Below are positions 35,428-46,010 of a stretch of 47,543 nucleotides of DNA, piece after piece. How positions within the stretch are numbered: the first letter of the stretch is position 1; each line of letters opens with the position of its first letter. A program made the position numbers and the translations under genes. The notes beneath the pieces were generated by a model that made no database searches, had not been told where the DNA came from, and was given only the letters and a program-made list of their open reading frames with translations. Source of the DNA: Lachnospiraceae bacterium. Lineage in GTDB: Bacteria; Bacillota; Clostridia; Lachnospirales; Lachnospiraceae. The stretch spans positions 1-47,543 of the forward strand of contig JAPKXI010000028.1 in assembly GCA_026338065.1 (NCBI GenBank), written 5' to 3'.

Positions 35428-35649
35428 TCAACTATTCTCCTGAGATGCTTTTTCCTCTTGTGCTTTCTTTTTTCGATTCCGTGTCCCAAGAATTCCGCCG
35501 ATACGTCCGGTTTCCCGTGCAGAAAGCGTTCCCCATCCCCCTTTCAGCACTTTATCTAACACCCCAATTTCCTCTGCAATTTCTAATTTCATCTCATCCT
35601 CTGGTGTTAAATTCTCTAAATCAATTTCTTTCTTTTTCTTAGTCGGCAT
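35428..35649 (-). CDS. Alpha/beta-type small acid-soluble spore protein
   Basis: KLEIAEEIGV...GGWGTLSARETGRIGGILG is the SASP alpha/beta signature. Start placed at MPTKKKK, which has GGAGGAG 6 nt upstream. Confidence 0.8.
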   Translation of the reverse strand: MPTKKKKEIDLENLTPEDEMKLEIAEEIGVLDKVLKGGWGTLSARETGRIGGILGTRNRKKKAQEEKASQENS

Positions 35650-35795
35650 TACTCTCTCCTCCAATACTCTAATTTTACCAAGAGTATTTCCCTAATTTTC
35701 AAGGCTTATTCAATTTCTAAAGAAAAGTTATCAGAAAAAAGGAAAACCACTTCAGCAATTATAAACCAGATATTGGTATTGTAGAACCGGACGCA

Positions 35796-35929
35796 GGTAG
35801 CATAGAGAGATTCTTTGCTGGGGCCGTTTGCACTAAGGCTTCCTCGCAGCGGACACATAAGGCACGAAAAGACCGTGCCTAAGTGCCGGCGGGAAGCAAT
35901 ACCCCTGCAAAGAATCTCTCTATGCTACC
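35796..35929 (+). repeat. Family B repeat, copy B3
   Basis: Arms ggtagcatagagagattctttgc / gcaaagaatctctctatgctacc, with an identical core. Confidence 0.85.
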
Positions 35930-35937
35930 CGCTGTTT

Positions 35938-36148
35938 CGTTCCCCCTAGAAATAATGCCTCATAAACATTTTTATTCTACCTGTTGGTTTATTCCTCCTG
36001 GAAACAATACCTCACAAACATTTTTACTCTGCCTATTAACTTGTTCCTCCTGGAAATGATACTTCACAAAAATATTTTATTCGGTCTGCTGGTTTATTCC
36101 TCCTAAAAACAACGCCCCGTAAAAATTCTCTACTCCGACTGTTGGAAT
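35938..36148 (+). repeat. Degenerate tandem repeat, about 52 bp x 4
   Basis: Units of the form tcctcctggaaacaatacctcacaaacatttttactctgcctattaacttgt, with about 70% identity between units. Located upstream of the SASP gene. Confidence 0.6.
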
Positions 36149-36162
36149 TCAAAAGAAATTTG

Positions 36163-36279
36163 TAATCCTATGCTGCTATCGCAGCTTGTCAAATAGGGCT
36201 TGTACCCCACCTGCCCCCAACCCACCGCTTTCGCCTTGGCGGCTTAGAAGCGGGGGACTTCCTTGATGAGGTTAAACTA
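36163..36279 (+). repeat. Family C repeat, copy C4 (5' arm degraded)
   Basis: taatcctatgctgctatcgcagcttgtcaaatagggcttgta...ccaccgctttcgccttggcggcttagaagcgggggacttccttgatgaggttaaa. Confidence 0.7.
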
Positions 36280-36345
36280 TCTAAAATCACACAAAAACGG
36301 TTTTAATCAACCAAAATACTGCGACTGTTCCGGTTGGAATATACA

Positions 36346-36485
36346 GCTGACACCACTGGATGAATCTCTGCAGGGGTATTGCTTCCCGCCGGCACTTAGG
36401 CACGGTCTTTTCGTGCCTTATGTGTCCGCTGCGAGGAAGCCTTAGTGCAAACGGCCCCAGCAGAGATTCATCCAGTGGTGTCAGC
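36346..36485 (-). repeat. Family B repeat, copy B4 (inverted relative to B3)
   Basis: Arms gctgacaccactggatgaatctctgc / gcagagattcatccagtggtgtcagc, a perfect 26-bp inverted repeat, with an identical core. Confidence 0.85.
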
Positions 36486-36560
36486 GTCCCCCCAACAGAA
36501 AATCACCCAATGATGTCAGCGTCCCCCCAACATATATTCGTTTAAATTCAAATCATTCGC

Positions 36561-39500
36561 TTAAATTCGAATCTCTTTCCCCAATCCAAAAGAATACAAT
36601 ATCATCTCCCCAACTTCCTCCCCTGTCATCTGCTCCAATGCCATTTTATAAAGTTCAAACTGCCTCTCATACCGCATCACCAGCACTTCCTCCTGCCCTT
36701 CATAAACTGCATCTGTCTTATAATCCAACAGTACCAACTTCCCCTCCTCTTCAAAATAAACATCAATCACCCCCTGCAGTAAAATTAACTCCTGACTCTC
36801 TGTCTCCCGATATAACTTCCAAGCAGGAATCCCCACTACAAACTGCGTCTCCCGATAAATCTGCCCTCTCTTTTCTGCTTCCCGCATCCGCTTTGCCGTC
36901 TGAGAGGTTAAAAACGCCACAATCCTCTGATTCCAAATCAACTTAGCATTTTCTTTTGAAAGTTTCTTTTCCTCCACTAACTGCCGCTTTAACTGCCCGA
37001 TTCGTTTTGAAATCTCGTTCTCTTCCATTCCATCAAATTCTGCTAAATTCATATTTTCCAAAAAAATATGATAGGCGGTTCCTCGTGTTGCTCCTCCCAC
37101 ACCTTCTAATTTTCCCTGCATAAATTTCGGCAGAATCTCTTCTTTTTGTTCGATTAATAATGCCGTATCTTCTTCTGCTTCCATTTCTCTTTGATTCAAA
37201 CGTTTCTGCTCCGATACGGAAGTTTTTGCATAAAGTGACATTTCTTTCTGATAAGGATACAGATAAGAAAACCTCTTTTCTATCTCTTCTCTTAACTGAG
37301 GATCAAAACATTGCGAAAAATCCAGTTTCTTCTGATAATCGGATAAATCCATATTTTCTTTCTGCCGCAGAATCTCTCCCTCTGCAACTCCCTTTGGTGT
37401 ATAAAATGTAACTTCACAACTTTCTTTTGTGATCGCCGGTACAATCCAATCCAGATAGGACTCCGCTTTTGCAAGGGAAGCATAGGACAATGCCGCTCCT
37501 CCGTTTGTTTCTCTCCGCCACTTTTCATATCGTTCTGTCATCTTATCTGTTACACCGGTTAAAATCAGCTTTTCTTTTGCCCTTGTCAGTGCTACATATA
37601 AAATCCGCAGTTCTTCTCCAAGGTTTTCTAAACGAATACTTTTTTGAATAATTCGCTTGATTAAAACAGGAGCTTTCGTTCTGCGTTCATAATTTACAAA
37701 ATCTAATCCCACTCCTAAGTCGGGATGAATCACTGCTTTCTGCATAGCATCCATTTGATTAATCTTTTTTCCCATTCCGGCTACAATAACAATCGGAAAT
37801 TCCAGTCCTTTGCTCTTATGGATACTCATAATCCGAACGGTGTTGTCCTGTTCATTTACAATCGATGCTTCTCCGAAGTCCACCTCATATTGGTTGAGTT
37901 TTTCAATATAGCGGATAAAGTGAAAGACACCCCGATAACTGGTTGCTTCAAAGGCAATCGCTTTTTCTAACAGCATATCTAAATTCATTCTTCGTTTTGT
38001 TCCTGCCGGCATGGAAGCGGCATAATCTCCATAACCTGTTACTTTTAAGACTAATCGTATTAATTCATGAATAGGGGTACATGCTGCTTGATCCCGGAAA
38101 TATTCTAACTGTTCTAAAAATGCTTTTACTTTTTTATCTAGTTCTTCTTCTTCAACTGGAGAAAGCAGTGCTTCATAGAGATCTCCCTCTAGATGAGCCG
38201 AACGGATCTTTGCCAGTTCTAAGCTGCTGAAATGTCCAATCGGCGAGTGCAGAACCCCTGCTAATGGAATGTCCTGTCTGGGATTGTCAATAATTCTTAA
38301 TAGGTTTAATACCGTCTGTACTTCCAAGGCGGTAAAATATCCGGTCTGGGACTGGGTATGGGCAGGAATTCCTTCTTCCATGCAGATCGTTACAATCGTC
38401 TCTCCCCATCCTGCTACTGTACGCAAAAGGACAACAATATCCCTGTACTGTGCAGTCCGATAGGTACCCGACTTTTTGTCTAGAACTTTCAGACCGGTAT
38501 CTGGATGGGTCAGTCTTCGAATCTGACCGGCTATTACCTTTGCTTCCATTACCAGGGCTGTCATTTCTGCCGTTACCAGATCGGTGGTATCCTCTTCTTG
38601 GGATTTATTGATCAGCAGTAACTCGGTCTTTCGCTCCTGTGCTTCTGAACCGCCTTCTGGAAATGCTGCTCCCGGATAGAGTGCTGCTGCGTTGTCATAG
38701 GTTACGCCTCCTAATTCTTTCCGCATAATCTGATAAAAGATATCATTTACGCTCTGTAAGACCTCTGGACGGCTGCGGAAGTTTTTATGGAGATCAATTT
38801 TTTGATAATTGCTTTCTTCTGTGGTATATGTCTGATATTTTTCCACAAAAAGCTCGGGTCTTGCTAAACGAAACTTATAGATGCTTTGTTTTACATCTCC
38901 TACCATAAAGACATTGGGAATTTCTTCCTGATAGCGGGAAACGCTAAATAAAATTGCTTCCTGTACTAAATTGCTGTCCTGATATTCATCGATCATAATC
39001 TCTGTAAACTGATCCCGATATTCTTTTGCAATCAGTGACGGCACTCTTCCCTCTTTTGTCTGTTCGGTCAGGATATTAAGTGCCAAATGTTCTACATCCG
39101 AAAAATCCATTAAATTGCGTTCCCTTTTTTTTGCCTGATATCTGGTATGAAAGTCTAATGTCAGCCTTACCATTACCGCCATAGTCTTGCTTACATTTGC
39201 CATATTTTCCAGCATCTTATCGATTGGCTGAAAATAGAACTGCTTTCCGATTCCCCGAATTTCCTCTTTGATTCGATCTCGAATCTCTTTGACTCTTGCC
39301 TTTTTTTCAGCATCGATCGAGGAATCTTTTTTTGAGGATAAGCGGATAAAATTTACTTCTTTTAAAGCCTTTCCAAAACTTTGATAGGATTTACACTGCA
39401 CCAATTTTTCTAAATAATAGAAATCTGACTCAATAGCTGGAAGATACTGATAGGGACCTCTCTCCTGGCTGCAGATCTGTTTTGCCAGATCCAACTGTCT

Positions 39501-40241
39501 GCAGCAGTCCGTGATGAGTTTTTTTAGATATTCCATTAAAAACTGTACGGATTTAGTCTGCTCTAATGCTTTTCTATAAGCCTGTTCCATTGTTTTTTGT
39601 TCTTCCTGATCCAAAACTTCTTCCTCGGCTTGTTCCTCCATAGGGTATTCATTTAAGCAGCCTTTTAGCCATTCCTCCGGATCGGGATAACTCATTGCAA
39701 ATTCATAGAGCCGCAAAATCAAGTCTTCTAATCCGCTGTCATTTTTTCCGGTTGAATAACTCTCTACAAAATGAAAAAACTCCGGATCTGCCTCGCTGTA
39801 GTAATCCTCTAACAGTCCTGCTACTACATCTGATTTTAACAGTTTTCGCTCCCCCTCATCTCCAATTCGAAAAGAGGGATCAAAGTCTAACAGATCAAAG
39901 TGATCTCGAATCACACTCAGACAAAAACTGTCAATTGTCATAATTTGTGCCGTATGAACTAATGTCTGCTGTCTCTGCAAATGGGCATCTTCTGGGGCAT
40001 CTTCTAATGCTCGTTCAATAGCAGAAGTAATTCGTTCTCTCATCTCTGCAGCCGCAGCATTGGTAAATGTAACAATTAAAAGCCGGTCAATATCCACCGG
40101 ATTCTCCCGATCTGTAATCATCTGAATAATTCGTTCTACCAAAACGGCTGTTTTTCCTGAACCTGCCGCTGCCGAAACCAAAATTGCCCTATTCCTTAAA
40201 TAGATAACCTGTTCCTGTTCCTTTGTCCAATTTACTGCCAC
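36561..40241 (-). CDS. addA: ATP-dependent helicase/nuclease subunit A (UvrD-like, RecB-type nuclease)
   Basis: N-terminal Walker A AAAGSGKT, UvrD helicase motifs and a C-terminal PD-(D/E)xK nuclease; 1226 aa; overlaps addB by 10 nt. Confidence 0.95.
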   Translation of the reverse strand: MAVNWTKEQEQVIYLRNRAILVSAAAGSGKTAVLVERIIQMITDRENPVDIDRLLIVTFTNAAAAEMRERITSAIERALEDAPEDAHLQRQQTLVHTAQIMTIDSFCLSVIRDHFDLLDFDPSFRIGDEGERKLLKSDVVAGLLEDYYSEADPEFFHFVESYSTGKNDSGLEDLILRLYEFAMSYPDPEEWLKGCLNEYPMEEQAEEEVLDQEEQKTMEQAYRKALEQTKSVQFLMEYLKKLITDCCRQLDLAKQICSQERGPYQYLPAIESDFYYLEKLVQCKSYQSFGKALKEVNFIRLSSKKDSSIDAEKKARVKEIRDRIKEEIRGIGKQFYFQPIDKMLENMANVSKTMAVMVRLTLDFHTRYQAKKRERNLMDFSDVEHLALNILTEQTKEGRVPSLIAKEYRDQFTEIMIDEYQDSNLVQEAILFSVSRYQEEIPNVFMVGDVKQSIYKFRLARPELFVEKYQTYTTEESNYQKIDLHKNFRSRPEVLQSVNDIFYQIMRKELGGVTYDNAAALYPGAAFPEGGSEAQERKTELLLINKSQEEDTTDLVTAEMTALVMEAKVIAGQIRRLTHPDTGLKVLDKKSGTYRTAQYRDIVVLLRTVAGWGETIVTICMEEGIPAHTQSQTGYFTALEVQTVLNLLRIIDNPRQDIPLAGVLHSPIGHFSSLELAKIRSAHLEGDLYEALLSPVEEEELDKKVKAFLEQLEYFRDQAACTPIHELIRLVLKVTGYGDYAASMPAGTKRRMNLDMLLEKAIAFEATSYRGVFHFIRYIEKLNQYEVDFGEASIVNEQDNTVRIMSIHKSKGLEFPIVIVAGMGKKINQMDAMQKAVIHPDLGVGLDFVNYERRTKAPVLIKRIIQKSIRLENLGEELRILYVALTRAKEKLILTGVTDKMTERYEKWRRETNGGAALSYASLAKAESYLDWIVPAITKESCEVTFYTPKGVAEGEILRQKENMDLSDYQKKLDFSQCFDPQLREEIEKRFSYLYPYQKEMSLYAKTSVSEQKRLNQREMEAEEDTALLIEQKEEILPKFMQGKLEGVGGATRGTAYHIFLENMNLAEFDGMEENEISKRIGQLKRQLVEEKKLSKENAKLIWNQRIVAFLTSQTAKRMREAEKRGQIYRETQFVVGIPAWKLYRETESQELILLQGVIDVYFEEEGKLVLLDYKTDAVYEGQEEVLVMRYERQFELYKMALEQMTGEEVGEMILYSFGLGKEIRI

Positions 40242-43200
40242 TCTTCTCCCTCCTCTATCCGAATCATTTGTCCCGCTGCTTCTTCTACTTCTTTCTGCAT
40301 CTTTTGTAAAATATCCTCATTGTCCATCTCATGCAGTCTTCGGTATTCATATCCTGTACTCTTTTCGTCAAATCCGCAGACCTCCCGAAATTCACAGTAA
40401 TCGCATCCGGTTTCGGTTCCTTTCCGATACGGGGCAATCTGTGTATTTCCATCTAATATTTCTGCTCCCATTTGGCGTATCCGATTTCGTACATAAGCAG
40501 ACACTGCTTCAAACTGCCTGGTATCGACAGCAGAAGAATTTTTACTTAAACTCCCATCTTTATTATAACTAATCGGAATGACATCAGAATGTTTATCCAT
40601 AGAGGAATCTAAAAGTGCAATTACTTCCGATGCACGGTTGACTAATCCGTTCATCTTTAGCTTAGAAAGCAGTTCCCTTTCAATCTGTTCCTCCCCCATC
40701 TCTTCTGTCTCTTCAATTACCGGATCTTTAATATTATAATAAAAAATTCCTGCAGGAATCACGGTTTTCTCCACCCGCTTCCGCTGTTCTGTCTCCATTG
40801 CCGCTTCCATATAAACTACCAGCTGAATCTGCAGACCATAGTAGACCGAGGACAGATTAAATTCAGCAACCCCAGATTTATAATCAATTACTTTAATATA
40901 GATATGTTCTTCATCCTCATAGAGATCCATCCGATCCAACCGTCCGGCAAGGTACATATTTTCCTGATCCGAAATCGGAATCGTAAGGGCATCTAACTGA
41001 TCGGCAGGAGAAAAAAAGACCTCATAATTAACTGGCTCAAACTTTCCTTTCTGCAGCTGTTTCTTCAATGCCCAGACTGTCCGATTTACAATCCTCTCTA
41101 ATCGATCAATAAAATAAGCATTTCTTGCCGTACTCTGCAGCACATGATTTCCATAGTCAGCGGACGCCTCCTCCACAGATTCTTTTACCATCTTCTGCTG
41201 ATCTTCTGGCGTTACCATACTCCATTTCATCCCGTTTTCCTTTATCTTATTCGAATAACGCTCAATCGAATTATGAAACAGATTTCCCATATCCACCGCT
41301 GCCATTTCAAATTCCTGACGTTTTGCAAGCCGAAGCCCATAGGTTAAAAAATGAGCAAATGCACAGGCAGCATAACGTTCTAACCGAGTTACACTATTAA
41401 TCGGCTGCGGTCCATACAGTGCCGCCGCTGCCAGCTTTCCTATTCCGCTTTCGGTATTGTGATAGGAAACCGCTTCAAATAGCTGATCCATTCGCCCCTT
41501 CCAATTTTCTTGTCCCGCATACCAAGAAGTCAGTTCCAAAAAAATGGGATCGGCATTCTGCTGAATCGGATTTTGGCTAAATTCTAACAGCTTCGAAATC
41601 CAATAGTGTAATGTCCCCTCTGGTGTTGTAATCTGCTGCAGCTCTTTCTCTCTCTTTTCCTCGTCCTCCTGCTCCAGTGCCGGAAATAATTTTTCAATCG
41701 TATAGACTAAATAAGAGGGACGAATCGCTTCACCTGCCTGCGTATTTCTGCTGTAACTTAAATACAGCCGTTCAGAAGGCTTCGTCAGATTCAGATACAA
41801 ATAGAACTTCTGAATATAAGCATTTTCTTTTTGCGTAGGAGAAAGCGTAATCTTCTCTTCTTTTAGAAACTGCCGCTCCATCTGTGAGAACATCCCGCCT
41901 TTTCCACTGTTCTTAGGAATAATCCCGTCATTTAATCCCAAAAAGAACAAAACCCGAATTTCATTCAGACGAGTCCGCTCCATATCTCCAATTAAAATCT
42001 GATCGATCGAAGGAGGAATCAATCCCACTTTTAATTCTTCAAATCCCGCATCCAAAATCCCGTTTAACTCCTGTGCCGAAATCTGTTCCTCTCCCAGCAA
42101 TCCCACCACTTTATCAAATAATTCCATTACTAACGGATAGACCTGCTTATATTCTTTTTCCTTTGCCAAATGCCCCTGCTCCCGAAATGTACTCTCATAT
42201 GCTTCCATTTTCTCCTGCAGACCGATTTCCTTTAAAAACCCATATAATGCTTCTATCTTTTCCTTTACGGTTCCTTTTTTCCGCTTCCAGACAGAAGAAA
42301 GGGTTTGAATCGGCAGCAGCACTGCCTCCCGAAGCTGATTCATCCGCTCTAACTCAAGCGGCTCGTCCTTTTTCATACTGCGTACCCAAAGTTTTTCCCA
42401 CTGTCTCTGTCCCCGAATCCCCATAGCCAGACAATAATTTTCCAATAAATCTACATCTTCCCGTGCAATCGAAGTCATATTGCTTTTTAAATAACGAAAA
42501 ACACTCTCATAAGAAAAATTATCTGCTATCATCTCCAATGTACTGCGAATAAACTCCACACAAGGATTTCCCATCATTCCCTTTTTCTGATCGACAAAAT
42601 AAGGAAGCTGATTTTCATTTAACACTTCCTCTAAACTATCCCGATATCCTTCCAAATCCCCTGCTATAATTGCAATATCTCGATAGCGGTACCCCCGTTC
42701 CCGTACTAAATTGACAATCTCTCTGGCAACATATGCCGCCTCTTTTGCCGGATTCCCCGCTACATGAATCGATACTGCCTCCTGCTTTTTCTTATAAGCC
42801 AGATAGGGATAACGAAATAAATTCCTCTCCAGCCAAAAAAGTGCCTCTGCCTGCCGGAATCGGTGATGTTCCTCCCCTGTCAGTACAATATCCTTCTCTT
42901 TAGGAATCTGCCGCTCCTCCGCCAAACGGATCAGATGGGAGATCATCTCTTTACTCATATGAAATAATTCCTGCTCCCCGCCAATCCGATAGGGATTTTC
43001 CCGTGCATCTATTGTAACTGTCAGAGTTACTTTAGGAGAAAGCATCAATAACAATCCAATCAACTGATACTGAATCGGTGTAAAACCAGTAAAACCATCC
43101 AGCCAGACACTGCTTCTCTTTACCATATTAGACTCTGGTATCACTCGGCAGAGCACATCTAACTGCTCCTCTTTTGTAATATAATGCTCCTTTGTAAACC

Positions 43201-43702
43201 GTTCAAATTCCTGTATAATAACCTGCATATCGTTTAACTTTGCATAAAGCATCGGTTTCTTTTTCGCACATGCCAGCATTTTCTCCTGCTCTTCTTCCCG
43301 AATTCCATACTGATAAAATTCCGATACAACCGATTTTATCTCACTTACCATCCCCGGTGTATGCCGTTTCTGTCCATAAAGTTTTAACTCTTCCTTCTTA
43401 TTCTCCAGCACCTTCCGAAGCAGCAGATTTTTTCCGGTATCATCCAAAACAGGAAGCTGTGCCGCCCCCACTTCCGATAAAACCCGATAGGAAAGCCGCC
43501 CAAAACTTAAAATATCAATATTCATCACGCCATGTCTGGGATGAAGTTCTACAATATCCTTCTGTGTTTGCATAGAAAATTGTTCTGGTACAATTAATAG
43601 AAAATTTTTCTCTGGATGTTCCATAGACTCCCGAATTAATTCCTGATATAAATATCTCGATTTTCCCGAACCAGAACCGCCTAAAATCAGTTGTAATGAC
43701 AT
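40232..43702 (-). CDS. addB: ATP-dependent helicase/nuclease subunit B
   Basis: N-terminal GGSGSGKS, and a C-terminal Fe-S cysteine cluster (CDYCEFREVCG) characteristic of AddB; 1156 aa. Confidence 0.95.
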   Translation of the reverse strand: MSLQLILGGSGSGKSRYLYQELIRESMEHPEKNFLLIVPEQFSMQTQKDIVELHPRHGVMNIDILSFGRLSYRVLSEVGAAQLPVLDDTGKNLLLRKVLENKKEELKLYGQKRHTPGMVSEIKSVVSEFYQYGIREEEQEKMLACAKKKPMLYAKLNDMQVIIQEFERFTKEHYITKEEQLDVLCRVIPESNMVKRSSVWLDGFTGFTPIQYQLIGLLLMLSPKVTLTVTIDARENPYRIGGEQELFHMSKEMISHLIRLAEERQIPKEKDIVLTGEEHHRFRQAEALFWLERNLFRYPYLAYKKKQEAVSIHVAGNPAKEAAYVAREIVNLVRERGYRYRDIAIIAGDLEGYRDSLEEVLNENQLPYFVDQKKGMMGNPCVEFIRSTLEMIADNFSYESVFRYLKSNMTSIAREDVDLLENYCLAMGIRGQRQWEKLWVRSMKKDEPLELERMNQLREAVLLPIQTLSSVWKRKKGTVKEKIEALYGFLKEIGLQEKMEAYESTFREQGHLAKEKEYKQVYPLVMELFDKVVGLLGEEQISAQELNGILDAGFEELKVGLIPPSIDQILIGDMERTRLNEIRVLFFLGLNDGIIPKNSGKGGMFSQMERQFLKEEKITLSPTQKENAYIQKFYLYLNLTKPSERLYLSYSRNTQAGEAIRPSYLVYTIEKLFPALEQEDEEKREKELQQITTPEGTLHYWISKLLEFSQNPIQQNADPIFLELTSWYAGQENWKGRMDQLFEAVSYHNTESGIGKLAAAALYGPQPINSVTRLERYAACAFAHFLTYGLRLAKRQEFEMAAVDMGNLFHNSIERYSNKIKENGMKWSMVTPEDQQKMVKESVEEASADYGNHVLQSTARNAYFIDRLERIVNRTVWALKKQLQKGKFEPVNYEVFFSPADQLDALTIPISDQENMYLAGRLDRMDLYEDEEHIYIKVIDYKSGVAEFNLSSVYYGLQIQLVVYMEAAMETEQRKRVEKTVIPAGIFYYNIKDPVIEETEEMGEEQIERELLSKLKMNGLVNRASEVIALLDSSMDKHSDVIPISYNKDGSLSKNSSAVDTRQFEAVSAYVRNRIRQMGAEILDGNTQIAPYRKGTETGCDYCEFREVCGFDEKSTGYEYRRLHEMDNEDILQKMQKEVEEAAGQMIRIEEGEEWQ

Positions 43703-43832
43703 GAAATCCCTCCTTTGTTTATTCCAGTCAGCTATAAAAATTCTTATTTTCTATTATAACATACCATCTAAAAAGATACCACCTTTTCAGACAGCAGAAG
43801 AAACTCATATCCAAAAAAATTCCCCGGAAATA

Positions 43833-44068
43833 ACGCCAGAGTACTTGAAAGGGAACTGTTCCGCTCTCCGAAAAGCAGAAGCTCTAAGACTTCTGAATCT
43901 AGGCATATCCAACCGGACGGATCGGGGTGCAATTCGCCCGTACAGCGGGCTAAACACACCCCTTTTTTTGCCATTCGAGAATGGCAAAAAATCCTAGTGG
44001 ATTGACAGAAGTCTAAGAGCTTCTAACTTTCCTCCGAAGTCACAGTTCCCTTTCAAGTACTCTGGCTG
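43833..44068 (-). repeat. Family A structured repeat, copy A5 (inverted)
   Basis: Outer stem gccagagtacttgaaagggaactg/cagttccctttcaagtactctggc. Conserved core and the ttgccattcgagaatggcaa hairpin. Confidence 0.85.
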
Positions 44069-44175
44069 TATTGTCTCACAATCTACTTTTTTTCTCTTTG
44101 CTCCATTATATTCTTATTCTTTTTTGTTAAATTTCCTTCTTTCTTTTTTTATTAAAAATAATTTTAGAATTTTTG

Positions 44176-44216
44176 CATTGGTCAAAGCGGATTGCGAATA
44201 TCCGATTTGACTATCC
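44176..44216 (-). repeat. Family C leader module only
   Basis: The reverse complement gatagtcaaatcggatattcgcaatccgctttgacc matches the C1 and C2 leader tcaaatcggatattcgcaatccgctttg. Confidence 0.5.
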
Positions 44217-44563
44217 CTATCAGACATTTCTCTATATCAGCCGTAATCATTTTATGCTTGTATTTTACACACCAAACAATATGATATTGGATGGAATATA
44301 CCTATCCACGTCCATGAGTCACTTCCATATAGAATCACCTCGTTATACAAACGATAATAGATGTATGTTGTTATATCAATTATTTTTAGCATTATTACTT
44401 GAAATTTAATTAACATATGTGAGCAATTCATCCCACGACTAAATGCTCATGTACGGTAAAGAAACAAGAAACCGAAAACAAGAGATAGACCTCCAGCACC
44501 ACACTATTCCGAACCAAAGACCAAAAGACAAGCATGATGGAATCCCTCTCTCATTCCTTTATG

Positions 44564-44911
44564 TCAAAAAGATTTTCCGCTGTTTTCCGTTCCCCATTGA
44601 CACATACTTTCCATAATGGGGAGGAGGGAACGTCCTTTATTTGAAAGACTATACTCAACTTTTGGCGGTATCTGCGGATATTCTTTACGGATAATAAGCC
44701 CGTCTGCTTCCAATGCCTTTAACTCTGTACTTAATGTTTTGTAGGTGATTGTTCCGATTTTTCGTTGTAGTTCGTTAAAACGTATTGTGTCGTATTCAAC
44801 GAGCCAATAGAGAATAACCAGCCGCCATTTTCCACCAATCATAGATAATGTATAGCCAAAAGGAGTATCAGTCAAAGAAACAATTCTCTTTTCAAATTTT
44901 TCCATGCTCAT
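44564..44911 (-). CDS. HxlR-family (MarR-like) transcriptional regulator
   Basis: GGKWRLVILYWL...RFNELQRKIGTITYKTLSTELKALEADGLI wHTH region. Start at MSMEKFEK with GGAAAG 7 nt upstream. Divergent from the flavoprotein gene. Confidence 0.85.
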   Translation of the reverse strand: MSMEKFEKRIVSLTDTPFGYTLSMIGGKWRLVILYWLVEYDTIRFNELQRKIGTITYKTLSTELKALEADGLIIRKEYPQIPPKVEYSLSNKGRSLLPIMESMCQWGTENSGKSF

Positions 44912-45022
44912 ATAGGTACTTTCCTTAAAGATAGTATTTGTCAAAAAAGTGCGTACTTGTCTTTTTGACATTGCGAATATAGAATAGCATAAAGAACGAT
45001 ATTTAGCAAGGGAGTAAAAAGC

Positions 45023-45604
45023 ATGAAAAGAATAATGGTTATTTTAGGCGGCGGGCGTGTCAATGGAAATACGTCACAGTTAGCAGAAGCATTTATGAAC
45101 GGAGCTAAAGAAGCCGGACACCAAGTAGAGATGGTATCATTGAACAAACTGAATGTGAATGGCTGCATAGGCTGTAATGCCTGTCGCTATGGTAAATCTT
45201 GTGTACAAAAAGATGATTTTAATTCACTTGTTCCAAAGATAAAAACGGCGGATTTAATCGTATTTGCGTCACCTTTATATTTCTGGACTGTATCATCAAA
45301 AATTAAAGCATTTATTGAACGTTTTTACTGTATAGCAGAAAAAGACGAGAATCCACCTTTGGGACGATATGAGAAATATCCCATACATGATTGTGCTTTG
45401 CTTATGACTTCCGCTGATAACTTTTTTTGGACGTTTGAGCAGGCTGTTTCTTACTACAAGTTTACATTGATAAACTATATCGGTTTTCACAATAAAGGTA
45501 TGTTGCTTGCTGGTGGTTGTGGTGAAACAAACGGGAAACCTCAGATTTCAAAAACCACTCATTTAAGGGAAGCATATGAATTTGGAAAAGCAATTTACGA
45601 ATAA
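45023..45604 (+). CDS. Flavodoxin-like NAD(P)H-dependent FMN reductase / iron-sulfur flavoprotein-like oxidoreductase
   Basis: MKRIMVILGGGRVNGNTSQLAEAF flavodoxin-like N-terminus with a CIGCNAC cysteine cluster; 193 aa. Divergently paired with the HxlR regulator. Confidence 0.75.
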   Translation: MKRIMVILGGGRVNGNTSQLAEAFMNGAKEAGHQVEMVSLNKLNVNGCIGCNACRYGKSCVQKDDFNSLVPKIKTADLIVFASPLYFWTVSSKIKAFIERFYCIAEKDENPPLGRYEKYPIHDCALLMTSADNFFWTFEQAVSYYKFTLINYIGFHNKGMLLAGGCGETNGKPQISKTTHLREAYEFGKAIYE

Positions 45605-45624
45605 ATGAAAAGGGGCTTTGAAAA

Positions 45625-45942
45625 ATGATGAAGAAATGTAAATTAACTATCTTGAAAACAACGCTTCAAGAAGATTTAGCAAAGGAATATGGCGTTCCCA
45701 ATTTAAGCATATGTCCTTTGATGAAAGAAGGACAGGTATTCTATGCCGACTATGCGAAGCCAGAGGGCTTTTGTGACGAAGCATGGAAAGCTATCTATCA
45801 GTATGTATTTGCATTGGCAAATGGTGCAGAGGGTTGGTACTCTGATGATTGGATTGACCCCAAGCATAAAGATGTGGCAATTTGTTCATGCAATGACGGA
45901 TTAAGACCTGTAATTATCAAAGTTGAGCGAGTTAATGAATAA
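45625..45942 (+). CDS. Conserved small Cys-containing hypothetical protein (105 aa)
   Basis: ORF tightly linked (20 nt) downstream of the flavoprotein gene; no function assignable. Confidence 0.55.
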   Translation: MMKKCKLTILKTTLQEDLAKEYGVPNLSICPLMKEGQVFYADYAKPEGFCDEAWKAIYQYVFALANGAEGWYSDDWIDPKHKDVAICSCNDGLRPVIIKVERVNE

Positions 45943-46010
45943 TCGGAAGATTATATAAATGCAACCGTAAACCATGCAACGCCCTATGTGGAAGAAAGAG
46001 GGAATCGTTT

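Noticed and set aside
35938-36148. Tandem 52-bp repeats considered as a CRISPR array
   Set aside because: The units are degenerate copies of one another with no alternating unique spacers, the repeat is far longer than CRISPR repeats, and there are no cas genes in the window.
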